Below, one piece after another: positions 38,537-52,940 of a DNA stretch of 64,000 nt. Every line of letters starts with the position of its first letter. Position 1 is the stretch's first letter. The notes under the pieces were generated by a model. That model worked only from the letters and a program-made list of their open reading frames with translations, ran no database searches and was not told the DNA's origin. The stretch comes from Cycas panzhihuaensis (Eukaryota; Plantae; Cycadophyta): positions 95,239,741 through 95,303,740 of the forward strand of contig CM041465.1 of assembly GCA_023213395.1 (NCBI GenBank), read 5' to 3'. A program made the translations under genes and the position numbers.

Positions 38537-40184
38537 CATGCTTTTAATCTAACCTAAATAAAACTACTCTTCTCGTAGTACATACACACTATCAATAGCT
38601 TTCTTTATATGCATAAGTTTAAATCATGATCAATAAGATCTACATCTTATAACCCTAATACACAAGTGTTCTCTTATGAGCCAAACTATCTATTATACCA
38701 ACTCATTCAATAAAACCCTCCTCTTTGATCACAATCACTTTATCATATGACATAGGAAATAATGACCTACTTGCCATAACATTAGCTTCAACACAGTGAT
38801 CGAGCCTACTTTATAAGCCTTATTCTCAAATATACATATAACGTCTATAAGTACACTAGTAAGACATGCATATAATATCCCAAAATAAATTAAAACACAT
38901 GGAGAACCTCCCTCGTATTTAAAATAACTACAACACTTATATTCATAACTAAAGTTTTAATGCTCAGGTACTAATATACTTTAGACTCATGACACCAACA
39001 TACTCTAGGTGCCTTACAAAATTATGGTTTATAAGCTTCCATAACATATAGAATATCTTTACTTAATAAATAGAATACCCCCATCATTGGTCATAAATAA
39101 GTATACATAAACAAATTCGGAATTAACACATTGATAGGTGGACGCAATCATAGTCTTTTAACCTAATTAGGGTCAAATTGGGCTTAAATTATAGCTCTAA
39201 TAAACCTAGCTCTAATACCACTATTAGATAATATATGATAGGACCAATATCATACAAGATCTTTGATATCAAATAAAAAGAAATATACATGTCCAAGAAC
39301 AAGACTATAAATTATAAAGTCATATGAATGAACAAGTAAACAACAACCTATATTTATAATACACACAAATGATATACTATATAAAAAATAATCACTTCCA
39401 AATTATATTATGATAAACTAATATATATTTATAATACACACAACATTGTGGCTATCTAATCATAATTCAAGAGCCACTTGGTCAACCAATGATCTATTAC
39501 ATAAAGAAATATATATCCTATTACAATAATCTAATATTCTCATGGGTTTAACATTACGCAATAATTTACACAGAGGAATTATTTATCCAAAGAAAATAAA
39601 AATAAAAATACATAGAAGTGCTTAATTAGTAACATTAGACCATATCATAGCATTTATTAATAAGACAACATATTAAATATATATTAAAAAAAATTTGTCA
39701 ACCAACTAAGCTACTTTTGATGGATTCACCATCCAACCTTTCATAGTCTTAAAGAGGAAAGTACCCCTGAGTTAGAGAATATGATATAAATGTAAGATTA
39801 TTAGTAATTCTCTCTTCACATAGTTCCTTTATAATCTATCCTATCAAGAAGATGTCTTAATAGTTACTACCATAGTATTTTTATTTTTATCTGATTTCAA
39901 GTCAGTTGTTGTAATATTTTCCTTAATAAAATGGTATAGGGTGCTAAACTCAACCTATGCACATCAAAAAATCAAGGAGAGCTTCAAAAAATCCAAGTTT
40001 TCTTACTTATTACTATAATCTTCAATCATTATTACATGCTTTTATTTCCTTATATATTTTCCTTGTACATCAAGATAAAACTAGAAATACCATGTCTTAT
40101 ATGGCTCACTATTAAAATAATCTTAATGGACTATCTTATTGTGTAACTTCATATCCCATACTACACATCCAATCATGAACAAGA

Positions 40185-40345
40185 TGTGGATTCACTCAAC
40201 TCCTAAAGGAAATATGGATTCATTCCACTCTCATAAGGATTATGGATTTGTTCCACTCTTTAAGGGAAATGTGGATTTACTCCACTCTTAAGGAAATATG
40301 GATTTACTTTAGCCTTAAAAAATTTATGGATTCACTCCATTCTAT
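40185..40345 (+). repeat. Degenerate ~28-29-bp tandem array (~6 units)
   Basis: Units resembling ATGGATTCACTCCACTCTTAAGGGAAAT. Confidence 0.85.
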
Positions 40346-41949
40346 CTTAAAGCTATAATTTAACACCCATAAAATAGTCCAAGTAGATTATACTAGTGGT
40401 CCATATACATTTTTATGACATAGTCCAGACATGTCCCTTCATAGGTTTGTTAGTGCTCATTAAGAGTATATGAAATAATCAATATTAAGCTATAAAAAGA
40501 TCATAAAATATAAACTAATTAAAAGGGAGATTCACTCAACCTAAGATCCTTCAACTAAGTCTAGAGCATATGGGAGACACACTTAACATCCTAACTCATT
40601 GAATTAGATTTATAAATCCTTTTTAGAGTTACAATTCTATCTATCAAATCATATGTTAGCTAATTTTACCAAATTTAGAACTATCAAAAATTATTCTACC
40701 GCTACTTTTACCTTATCTTCCTAGTAATCTATACTCTCAAAAGAATAATTAGTCTTCTTGATTCACTCTCTTACTTATTACAGAGGTATATGTAAACTTT
40801 ATTCTCTTCTTCTCTAAGATCCTTCTTATGCTTTCCTCTTCTCTAAGAATCTCTCTTATATTCGTCCTATTTTGTGTGTTCTATTTGTTCATTTCCCCCC
40901 ACTCTGGATGAGTTGTTATTTTCTAACCATTCATAGTAACTAATCTAACATGGATTCATTCATGAATTAGAGAGTTCCCACTTGATTCTTGAATATCTGC
41001 ATTATATTTCTTTGTCTACATATTTTTGTACCTATTTGAATAGTTATTCACACTTGGATTCTTATTGTGGGTTTGTGAGCAATGTCCCATTGTAATCTAC
41101 TTACTTCTATCCATGTAGGCAATCTCTTTATATTTATAAGCTTGAAGTCTAATGATCAAGTGGCCCCCACTTTCTTACTCATTTATAAATTTATGGCTAA
41201 GATTTATATAATAATGAACTTAAACTTTAGAGCTTAATAACCTTTTATTCTAGAGTTAGTTTTTAGTAATTGATCACTTGTCAAAATGTTAAATAACTTC
41301 TCTTCACTTTGGTGGGTTTAACCTTAATAAAATTTCATGCTAATAAACTAGAATTATATCTCAAAGAAAGTCAAATAAGTATTTAATAACTATCACCTAC
41401 CTTTACATTTATTTGTATCCCTCTATTCCTCCTTATTCATATTATTTGGTCCCTCATATATATTGTCCACCAAAAGTATTTTATTTAGATTTCATATTTA
41501 TTCAAACTATAACAAAATAAAGGTTACATCATGTGAAGTATTAGAGTAAAGAGTCCAACATCTTGTAATATCTCATATCGTAAGCAAACTACCTATTCTA
41601 AACATAAAATGGTACATCCTAATACCTAGTAGAATATAAAATAAACTTCTACTTCATAAGGATGAATAAGAAAATAAAATGGTACACCCTCATACTTGGT
41701 GGCATATGAAATAAGCTTCCACCTTATATAGGGTGAATAAGACTATGAAATGAAAAGTATACCAAGCTACGAGAAAAAGGAAGAAGTTATATACACACTT
41801 AGTTGAGGGATAATCTATCCATGGGGAATGGAATACCAAGTCATAAGTCACCTTAGGGTTGGATCATTACAAGACTAAAGGAGGAAACATATAATAGTGT
41901 AAGAGGAAGATAATAATGGGGAATTTATTGAAGATAATTTTTTTTAGAG

Positions 41950-43015
41950 AAGAGGGAGAAGAAATTTAATTCACTACAATCCTATGGGTGACTATTCTGA
42001 TTAGCTATTGTTATGAATGTACAGTATTTTTCTTTTGTTCATTTCTTTTCTTTATCATTCCTCGTGTCTTCTTGGTGGTTGTATATAATTATAAAGAAGA
42101 CTTTATACTTAATAAACTCAGAATTTGCAAGATCTTCAATGACCATGCTTTACTTATTGAATATTTTGTAAGATTTTATCATATTAGTTTAAATTAGGAA
42201 GTTATTGTAAGTAGTAATTCATACTCATTTATATCTTTGTAATCAAACTACCAAAGCTCTATTCTTATATCATTGTAGTGTAATTTCTCTAGGAATACAT
42301 AATGTATCTTTGTTTATTCTTTAATATATTATAAACTTGTCAAATGGTTTGATAATAGATGGGCTATTATATTTAAGCATTGGAGATATATTATGTATTT
42401 AAGTTTACTATATTACATGTTTTATTTCATAATATCCTTGAAAACTAATGCTAAAGATCATGTGAATGTATTCTAGGAAACATCTCATTGCATCATGTTA
42501 CTTAATCTTGGCTTGCTTAGGGTATACAATTGTATTTTTTTTTTCTTTGTGTTAATGTTAGCAAAATATTTTATGAGAGGATTGCAATTACAATCATAAA
42601 TAAGTCTAATACAATATCATCACCTTTATTTTTATTTCTTTAGTTGTTCTTTATATGTGGTGGTGTTAATGAGAGATGATGTGAAGGGTTAATATTTATG
42701 ACCATAAATAAATCTATCATGGTGCCATTCTTTTTGCATCTAGACTATCATTTCACTAAAGATCTTTGCCTAAGCATTGAGCTCAAGCAAATTTAGATAT
42801 TGATCTATAATATAGTTAGATCCATGCAATAAATAAAGATAGTAGAGGTTAAACTTATTTGTTATATATTAACTTCATAAGATTCATTATAACTAATTGC
42901 TAGTATAATTTACTCAAGAGTATTATACTTTCCTTGTGCTAAGGCTTTAAATATATAGACTAATAATCCATAAGGTAACTTGGATTGAGTGTAAGGAATA
43001 ATTTAAGCAACAACA
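41950..43015 (-). repeat. Dispersed repeat C, copy 3
   Basis: Collinear with 15780-16815. The minus frame reads IIPYTQSKLPYGLLVYIFKALAQGKYNTL. Confidence 0.85.
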
Positions 43016-44227
43016 TGACTTATATATCCTTATGGGCATATAATATAGTTTTTAGTGAGAGCAGTAATTTTAGATTCTTCTTCTCAGTTTCCAAAATTTT
43101 AAGAGTTGACACTCAATTTACATTCTAAGCTTTAAAATGCCTATAAATAAGCTTAATCATCTATCTTAAGTGAGAGGCTTAGGTTCTTTCTGAGGCTTAG
43201 GCTTATCCTATTTTCAAGAAAAAAGGTTCTGGAATAGGCTTGATACCAACTTGAATTTCAAATTTCTTGTAAACAAGGCCTTATTAAGGGCATCTTAATA
43301 GAAAGAGGGGTATATATCTAGCACTTCAAGATGGAATTATGGTTTAAGAGCATCTAAGAATAAGTTGGTAAGAAGACCATTAAGATACTTATATTTGAAA
43401 TCAAAGACTAAATCTTAAAATAATTTGGCAAATTTGCAAATGTTTCTTTAAAATCTTGTTTAGTGGATAAGAGGGAATTGATCCCTAAATTAAAACATAG
43501 ATAGAGTGTAAGGGTGATTGACAAAACTATCTGAGAGTGTCATTAAAAAGCATTGTGGAAAGAGAAGGAAAAGAATGTTATTATTTTATTATCATCATGA
43601 GCATGCCAAATAAAAGGCATGAATATAAGCTTGTGGATCTTCTCTTTGAGTTCTCTCAAGGTGATGCTATGAAGGTATAATGAGGGGAATATTAGTCATT
43701 TAAATATTTATGGTAAGTGGGTTATTCATATTTTATTTGTATAAGACCTATAGATGCCTTAAGTAAGAGGAATCATACTTATGGTAGGGTATAAAGTGTT
43801 TGATGCTACTATATCACTTTCATATTAAAGAAATCTAGGAGATGGACTTTAGTGAGTGAAAATAGGTTGTGTGACACTCACATTAGGCTAAATAGGTTGA
43901 ATATATTCCATAAGAGGGTTCAAGTATTGTCTAGATTATGAGGGTACAAAAGTGGGAATAAATTAATATTGGGATTGAGAAATTTAGTAGGATGGTTAAG
44001 GACTACTATAACTATAAGGTAATGCTTGAAAATTCAATGCCCTCATGAGGTTAAGTGCCACAAAACTTTATGATAAAATAGGTTGAGATAAAACACCTAA
44101 ACCTAACTAAGAAGAAGGTCTTACTTAAAGATATAAATTATTTAGTAATGAGAGCACTATTATAAAAATTCATTACTTTTAATTTATGGGTTTGAATAGC
44201 CTGGAGTTCTAAATTAACTATTTACAC

Positions 44228-47200
44228 TTTTTTTTTTTTTTATAAGGTAAAATAATATTAAAGGGGTTTTAACTGGGTCCCCAAACCGTGTACAACAGGC
44301 CTAACAGCTCAAAAGAGATGACCATGATAGGCCCATGGTCTAGCCTCAATGTGGAGTCTCAAGCTCCCCTATTTGCCTCCCCCATATGTGCATCCACCCT
44401 AACCAGTCTCAGTAGCTCTTCTGGGAAATCTTCCTTCCAAACTTTAGTTCTTTTGGTTATCACAGCCCAGTTAGCACCAATCAGAATGAGTTCCCTTCCC
44501 TATAAATATGCTTTATCTGAACCCCCATTTTGGAACTCAAAACATCCTGGACATCCCTAAAGATATCAATATTGTCCCACCCAGGATCCGCTTCCCCTCT
44601 TAAACATTTTATGACATACATAGAATCACACTCTATGATCACCTTCTGCATATCCTCCCCCTCCATCAGGGTAGGCGCCCTCATCATGGCCCTAACCTCA
44701 GCTTTCTGATTTGATTGAACACCAAGGTACTCTGTGAAGGTCCATTTCATGTTTCTCGTATGATCCCTACAGAGGCCTCCCTTTTGCCTCCCACAGGTTG
44801 CCTTTAGCCGCCCCATCAAAATTGATTTTTCCCTAAGATACATCAGGCGGGCTCCATCTAACCTCTTTGCTCCTCTCCCTACCTCCTTTCAGGGGAGCTA
44901 AACCCCACTCCTCAATAATTCCTTCTTCCACCTTGGGGATCCTATCCTCTTTTGGCATAACCATCATTTCTGAAATACCCTTCCTTATCTCAGAAAGCAA
45001 GATTGACTTTTCATTTTCTTTTCCCTCAAAAATCCTACTATTACGTTCTTTCCAAATGTACCATGATCCAACTAGGAGGACCATCTTCTAAAGGCTAGCA
45101 AGGGTTTTGCTTTTAAAAGGGGAAGTCCAAGCTATCCACTGATCTTTTAGAGATTTTGATGAAACCCAGACTATCCTCAACCTGACCCAGATGCCATTCC
45201 AAATTCCTGAGTTGTATGAGCAGTGAATAAATAGGTGATCCAAAGTTTCTGCTTCCATCTTACACAGCACACATTGCTAGCCAACTGGAAGCCCCTTTTC
45301 GAGAGATTGTCCAACGTTAGCAGTTTGTTTTGAAGACATACCCACCAGAAAGCTGCTATCTTTGGGATAATCCCCAACTTCCAGACTCCCACCAGAAGAT
45401 CATTCCTTGCCCAGCCTTCCATGTTCATCAGCAGATTATACCCATCCTTGACAGTATAAGATCCGGAGGGTGCAAGGGGCCAAACCAAAGTATCCAACAC
45501 AGCCCGCTTCGGTATATACTGATTTTCCAGTATCCCTTTCACCCTGAGGATTTCCTCCTCAAAGCCTTGCAACTCCTCAAAGGTTCTCCAATGCCTATCC
45601 TTTCCTTGCCCAACCCAGTAGTTCTTAACAGGAGTGCGATAGCAATTCACACATTCCCTCTTCATGATGTCGATGTCAGGCAGCTCCTCTAATTTAGCAT
45701 GCCCACACCAATGGTCTTCCCAAAACCTGATTCTTTCTCCATCCCCCAGTTTCCATCGCGTACTAGCCCCCAGGAGAGGTCTCAAGAGCCTGATGGCCCT
45801 CCAGATAGGAGAGCCTTCACAACAAAGGCCCTCCTCTAACAGAGAGCTTTTGCCGCCAAAGTACTTTCTTGTGATGATTTTCCCCCAAATCGATCCTGCT
45901 TCTTTTATGAGTCTCCAACCCGTTTTTGCCAATAGAGCTTCATTAAAGAGACTCAACCTTCTGATATTTAGACCTCCTGCCCATTTAGGCTTACAAACCT
46001 TCTCCCATGAAACTAGGTGGACTCTCTTTTTCTCTTCGGCACCCGACCATAGAAATCGCTTCATGATTCCTTCCAGAATGGAGATAACCTTACTCGGCAT
46101 TTTGAAAACAGTCATATGATAAACTGGAATACTCTGCAGGGAGGCCACCACTAACTGAATCTTCCCAGCCCAACTGAGAAGGGCCCCTTTCCAACCTTGA
46201 CTTCTGTTGAATCTGCATACAACTGGATTCCACAAGTCCTGCCCCATCTTACCCACGAAAAGAGGCATACTAAGGTAAGAACTCGGAAGGGAGTTCCTGA
46301 CTACCTCTAGAACCCTACAAATTCTATTTTGCTGCCTCTCTGGGGTGTTGATAAAAAAAACTAAGCTTTTGCCCAAATTAATTTTTTGGTTTGTTGCCCT
46401 CTCATAGGCCTGCAAACCCCTTTTCAGAACCCTGGCCTCCTGCAGTGATGCCCTGCAGAGAAAAATATTGTCGTCTACAAACTGGTGGTGCACGATATTG
46501 TCCAGATTGGAGGAGGCTCTCAACCCAGTTAGCCTCCCTAACTGCTGGGCCTCCAAAATCACCCTCCCTAGCAATTCTGCCATAATAATGAATAAAAATG
46601 GAGAGAGGGGGTCGCCTTGCCTTAAACCCCTGAAGCCAGAAAAGAAAGGGGTCGGCCTCCCGTTAATCAAAACTGAGAAGGAGACCCTGGAAGTACAACA
46701 CCTCATCCAATCCCTCCATACCTCCCCAAAACCAAACGCCTTTAGACAATCCAACAGACAGTCCCAAGCCACCCGATCGTATGCCTTAGACATATCTGTA
46801 TTGATTATCATACCCGGCTCCTTGCGGTGAAGAGTCGAGTGGAGGGTTTCGTGGATGGTAATAATACCATCCATGATCTGTCTTCCTTTAACAAAACCAT
46901 CTTGGTTAGGAGAAATAACTACCGATAGGGTCTCCCGCAGACGATTGGCTGACACCTTTGCCAGAATCTTATATTTTACGTTGCACTAGCTAATCGGTCT
47001 AAAATCCTCTATGACATCTGCTCCCTCCTTTTTCAAAATCAAGGCCAAGAAGGTAGCCTACCACTCTTTCAGAATAGTGCGTCTTAGAAAAAATTCATTA
47101 AGTGCCAACATAAGATCATCCTTTAATATCTCCCAGTATTCTTGGAAAAAACTGGGAGGAAATCCATCCGGCCCCGGGTCCTTATCCCTTCCCATTTTAA

Positions 47201-47435
47201 ATACAGCCTTCTCAACCTCCTCCAGGGATAAGGGTTTCGTCAATTTATTGTTTAGAGCCTCGTTGATCACTTTCGGGATGTATTACATGAGAGCCGCCCT
47301 CATATCAAGCTCCTGACATCCTGGTTCAGTGTATAGCTCCTTAAAGTACTCCATAGCAATTCATCCGATCTGGTCCTCCACCTCGAACACAATGCCATCC
47401 TTACTACAAATTTTGATAATCCTGTTGTGAGCCCT
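44228..47435 (-). mobile_element. 5'-truncated L1-clade LINE
   Basis: Poly(A) tail (T-run 44228-44241). TSD AATTAACTATTTACAC(TT) at 44212-44227 and 47436-47451. ORF2 domains: RT, zf-RVT and RNase H. Confidence 0.96.
44440..47430 (-). pseudogene. LINE ORF2 (RT, zinc finger, C-terminal RNase H), frameshifted
   Basis: PGPDGFP..FFQ..W, DMSKAYDRV.W, GLRQGDPLSPFLF, QFVDD, C..C....ETLDHLFIHC, then KINFDGAAKGN...SNQKAE...IECDS...HIYREGN. Confidence 0.93.
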
Positions 47436-48329
47436 AATTAACTATTTACACTTGATTTTACAAAACACTTAAATTTTGGAGTAATTGGGTAGAACTAGTG
47501 GATAATTAGGGGATAACTTGAGGTGGGACTTATTGAAAAGCTAGTTGTAGGATGTCTTGGATAAGAGTTTATAAATATTGATTGGGACCTATTTGGTATT
47601 ATGATAGAGGAAGCTTGTAAATAGAAATAGGTTGAAGTCCTAATTATAAGCTAAAACCAACAAGGATTAATGAGTGTAAAGATGAGTTTTATATTAAGAG
47701 AAGAGAATTAGAAGGAGAAGGATTAATAACTTGGGCTCCCAAGGTTTGTAATATTAAAGAGAAAATATAACCGTAGAAGCAAGATGATAATAGAACTCTA
47801 AACTATGCAAAGAATAAATAGCATAAACAAGCCAATCACTCAATAAAGAACACCAGGAGATTTAGGTCTAAGTATATACCTTTAATTAATTTAAGTAATA
47901 GCTACAGAATTATAGAGATAAATAAGCCATAACTCTTCTCATTGACTGATCAAAGACTCATCCACAACCATGTTACATGTGTTGTTACATAAGAATACAT
48001 AGACATAGCATTACAAGATACCGCCTTGCAGTTTTACAATACAATGGGCATAAACCATAGGGTGACAAAGACCTCTATAAGACACCCAAAAATTTTTCTT
48101 AGGGGCTCCTGCCCCCAAACCCCTGCCTAATGAATTACTGGCCCCATACACCCCTTGACCTAGGGCCCTACAATGGGCCCCTAGACCACACAAAGGGGCT
48201 CGAGTATAATGCCTATACCCATATAACACTTTCAAAGTGTTTAACATATTTAACAATCTCCCACTTATTTAACACTTTACAAGAACTCTATATACACAAC
48301 TACTTAATACCATAATCACAAACACCTAT

Positions 48330-51300
48330 TATATTTTTACACCATCTGAATTTTTCTGTGCTAACAATCTTGGTCAATGAGTTTATAATATTCTCTTATG
48401 TAGCAATCTTTTGTAAATCCACCTTGTGATCTTGAACCATTTCTCTCAGAAAAAGGAATTGTACATCAATATGCTTTAATCAAGCATGAAAAATAGGGTT
48501 CTTTGCTAAGTAGATTACACTTTGACTATGACAATCTATCCTCATAGCATCTTGCTTGAAGCTAATATCTGTGCATAATCTCTGTAACCAAACTACTTCC
48601 TTGCATGCATGAATTACTACTATATACTCTATTTTTGTGCTAGAAAAAGCCATAATTTACTTGCTCTTTTTTACTCATCCAACTAACTGTGTCACCATAA
48701 AAGGTAAAAGTATATCTGCTTGTGGATCTTTTACTATCAAGATTTCCAACCTAATTAGCATCAACAAACCTCTCACGTTCACTATTCTACTCTCCATGGG
48801 ATCTCCTTGATAGAAAATTTCATAGTCTAATATACCCCGTAGATACCTGAAAATGTTTTTCATAGCCACCCAATGCTCCCTGCCTAGGTTTGAAATATAC
48901 CTACTAACTACTCCTACTATATGGGTAATATTTGGTTGAGTGCAAACCATCCTATACATTAGGCTACCAATAACACTAGCATAAGGGACAAATACCGTAT
49001 CTTCAACTTTTTGGTAAGTCTTTAGGCATTGTTCAACTGATAAGTTTAAACTAACAAGAAGAGGAACATTAACTAGTTTACTATCCTGTAACCTAAATCA
49101 TTACAATATTGCCTCAATATACTATCTTTAGTTAATCCAAATCTTCCTATTTCCCCTATCCCTTTTAATCTCAATGCCCAAAATAAAATATGTAACACCA
49201 AGATCCTTCATCTTAAAATAAGATGCCAATTGGCCTTTCACAAGTTGATTATGATAGATATTAATGTATCAAGGTCATTAGATTAATTATATGAAGATGA
49301 CTTTAGGTTAGCTAAGTCACATAGTTAACTATAATTCCATTTATATTTAAGTGTAATTTTAGGATCATGTCATTAGGAAAATAACTCCTTTAAAATCCCT
49401 AATGTACATCCTCTAATATATAAGGCTAAATGTGAAAGGGAGAGTCATAATTCTCACCCCTCATTTTTGCTCTTAATCTTATTCTCTTTATTTTGCTCTT
49501 ATTATGTGCCATTGCTTTAGTGTAGTGGAGTGTGGCAACTAGATCCTTCACCCAACAACTAGTATCATACCAAAACTCCTTGATGCATTAACATCCATTA
49601 ATCCCCCCATTAATGGTAAAATGTCATTATGATAATTATATAAAGATGACTTTGGGTTAACTAAGTCATATAGTTAAATGCAATTTCATTTATATTTAAG
49701 TATAATTTTAGAATCATGTTATTAGGTGGGAAACTCCTTTAGAAATCCTAATGCATATCCTCTAATATATAAGGCTAAATGTGAAAGGGAGAGTCATAAT
49801 TCTCACCTCTTATTTTTGCTCTCAATCTTGTTCTCTTCGTTTTGCTATTATTATGTGCTATTACTTTAATGTAGTGGAGTGTGACAACTAGATCCTTTAC
49901 CCAATAAATTTATTTCTTTATTGTAACCAACTAAAAGGATATCATTAATATATAAATCTAGAATAACAAAATAATCACCAAAATGCTTATAATAAACATA
50001 ATGATCTACTTTGGTACACATAAAGCTATCTGCCAATATATGTGAATTGAACTTCTGATACCACATCTTTGGTGATTATTTCAAGCTATATAATGACTTT
50101 TTCAACCTACACACTATATTCTCCTTCCTTACAACTTAAAACCTTTCAGGTTGCAATATATAAATTTCTTCCTTGAGGTCACCATGAAGAAATGTAGTCT
50201 TCACATCCATTTGATTACCTGAAGGTCATAGGCAGTTGCTACAACCAATAAAAATCTAATTGAAGCAACTTTTGCAACAAGAGAAAATACCTCACTAAAC
50301 TTTAATCCTTTGACCTAGGAATAACCCTTTGCTATCAAGTGATCCTTATGCTTTTCCATAGTACCATCTACCTAAAATTTCTTCTTGAAGATCCATTTAT
50401 TATCAATAGATTTTCTACCATCAAGTAAATCCACTAAATCCTATGTGTTATTTTTGTCTAAGGTTATCATTTCTTCTTGCATGGCCTTCATCTAGAGTTG
50501 GCTCTTTTTTGACTCCAGAGCCTCTCAAATAGTACCTGGATCATCATTTATAGCAGATAAAATAAAAGATGAGTGATAAATATCTTCAGGAATATACTTG
50601 TTAGGCTATCTTCTCTCACGAGTTGATCTCCTCAAGATGTGGGGTTCTTAAGGTTGAGCTACCTTTATAACTAGTTCTTCCTCTTCAACTAACTCATATT
50701 CTGATGTAGAATCTTCATCCCTTACTTTAAATTATACCTTCTTAGAGTATTCATCCTTTAGTTCTTCATCTTTCTTTAGAGACTTGAACTCCTCTCTAAA
50801 GACAACATCACAGCTATATATAACCTTTTATGTTTCAAGGTTATAAAACTTATACCCTTTAACATCATCACCATAGCCAATGAAAATAGTCTTTTATGCT
50901 TTGAAATCAAGCTTAGTGCTTTTCTGTCTAGGAACATGCACAAAAGCTTCACAACTAAAAACTCTAAGATGACCAAGAGATGGTTTCTTACTAGACCACA
51001 CTTCTTTAGGTGTTTTTTACACTAAGGCAGTTGTCAGTGATCTATTTATTAAGTAGCTTGTAGTTATCATAGTCTTCGTCCAAAATTTCTTCTATAATCT
51101 AGCAGCACTGAGCATACTCCTCGATCTCTTAAGCAAGGTACTATTTATTCTTTTAGCAACTCCATTCTACTATGACATATAGAGAATTATATTTTACCTT
51201 ACTATCACACACTGCTTATAAAACTGCTCAAACTCCTTTTAGTAAAAATTTCCTCTATTATCAGTCCTCAGTACCTTGATCTTCTTATCACTCTAATTCT

Positions 51301-52940
51301 CGACTAAGGCCTTGAATTCTTTAAATTTACTAAAGACTTTAGATTTTTTCTTAAGAAAGTATAGCCATGTATTTTTTGAGAAATCATCTATGAATGCAAC
51401 AAAGTATTTAGACCCACCTAATAAGGGTACATCAATAGGTCCAAAAATATCGATGTGCACCAATTGTAGAATACCCTTTGCTCTCTTTGAGCTTGAAGGA
51501 AAAATGACTCAATTCTATTTGCCATACATACAATGTTTATAAGAATCAAAATCAAAGTAGCCATTAATTCCAGAGATGTCTTCTTCCATACCTTTGGAGA
51601 ATAAATCATGGAGGCCATTCTCTCTAATATAGCCCAATCTCTAAAGCCATAACATAGTTTTACCAACAAGTGATATTTGAGTGCTGCTTTCATTATTGCT
51701 ACTTTTTATAATAGCTAGACTACAACTACTAGCACACATCGTGATTGCATCAAGCTTATATAGTGTTCCAAATTGGACCCCTCTTACTAACACTAATGCT
51801 CTTCAAACTATTTTGCAACTATTTTTATTGAAAATCACTTCTATTTTTGTATCACCCAATTGATTGATAGACAATAGACTCATAACTAAACTAGAAATAT
51901 GACTCAAATCAAGGATAGTTTTAACCCTTCTATCTTTAAATCAAACCTTCACCCTTTTATGACCCACAATTTTATATGGGTAATGATCCCTAACAAATAC
52001 TTTGCCTCCATAAATACTTGTGTATTCATAAAACTAATCCCTATGGGGAGTAACATGAAGTGAAGCATCAAAGTCAATTAATTAAGACTCAATATTTGAT
52101 AACTTACCTAAGGTTGCTAAATAAACATCATTATCAACTTCATTAGAGGTTTTTTCTACCATGGAAGAAGTAGCTTTAGGTGACTTTCCCTTGACAACCT
52201 TGACTTGACATTAGCTCTTTATATGGCCAACCTTCCCATATCTCTAGCATACCAAGGGGCCTCTGCCTAGAGATTTGGATTTTCTTCTAGATTTTGGCCA
52301 TCTATTCCTAGGTTTTTGTTAGTTGTCATCCAATATTTGACCACTTACTACTAATGCTTCTTTTGAATAATCCTTAAAATATTTTTACCTTGTCTCTTTT
52401 GATAATATAGCAACAACAACATCATCAAATTTTAAGGTGGGAGCAATCATGCTACTCATTATCATCACAAGATTATCCTAGGAATTAAGAAGTGAATATA
52501 ATAAGGTAATACACTTATCTTCTTCAAATAGTATTACCCCAATTGAAACAAGCTGGATCACCATAGTATTAAATGCAGTGAAATGATCTATGACTGCATT
52601 TCCATTACTCATCCTGAGTGAATACAACTTTTTCTAAAGATATAACTTATTAGCTAAGGACTTAGTCTGATACAAAATCTTTAACTTTCTCCACAGATCT
52701 TTGGCCATAGACTATATGACAACATTCAATAATACCATGCCTGAAAGGTATACTCCTATCAAATCGATTGCCTTTCAATCAAGCTTCTTCTAGTCTTCAT
52801 TACCCATAGTTGTAGGCTTTGCTCCTACTATAACAATCCACTGATCCTTCTTGACAAGGATATCTTCCATCTTTAACTTTTATGACTTAAAGTTTTGGCA
52901 ATTAAACTTTTCAATCTCCATATTTATAATGCTTACTATG
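48330..52940 (-). pseudogene. Copia gag-pol (gag, PR, INT, RT, RH) with many stops
   Basis: EIEKFN..NF...KLKMEDILV, LYQTKSLANKL, VHIDIFGP, MDVKTTFLHGDL.EEIY, WYQKF, MVCTQPNI...VGVVSRY, KHIDVQ. Confidence 0.92.
49246..49906 (+). mobile_element. TRIM-like miniature LTR element nested in the copia RT
   Basis: Two ~300-bp direct repeats (~49260-49556 and ~49609-49906) ending CCCAACA/CCCAATA. A degenerate iMet PBS (TAGTATCATACC) lies at ~49560-49571 and the spacer is ~50 bp. Interrupts RT between NKEI and VKGQL. Confidence 0.75.

Larger units (their letters stand above)
21317..39563 (-). mobile_element. Non-autonomous copia-type LTR element (host of the Tat insertion)
   Basis: LTRs 21317-21683 and 39222-39563. 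iMet PBS at 39209-39220 (TGGTATTAGAGC on minus). PPT (AAGGGGGGAA on minus) next to 21684. Near-TSD ATTTG/ATTTA. About 4.3 kb once the Tat insert is removed. Confidence 0.85.

Noticed and set aside
45330-47316. + strand ORFs over the LINE
   Set aside because: Antisense shadows of ORF2.
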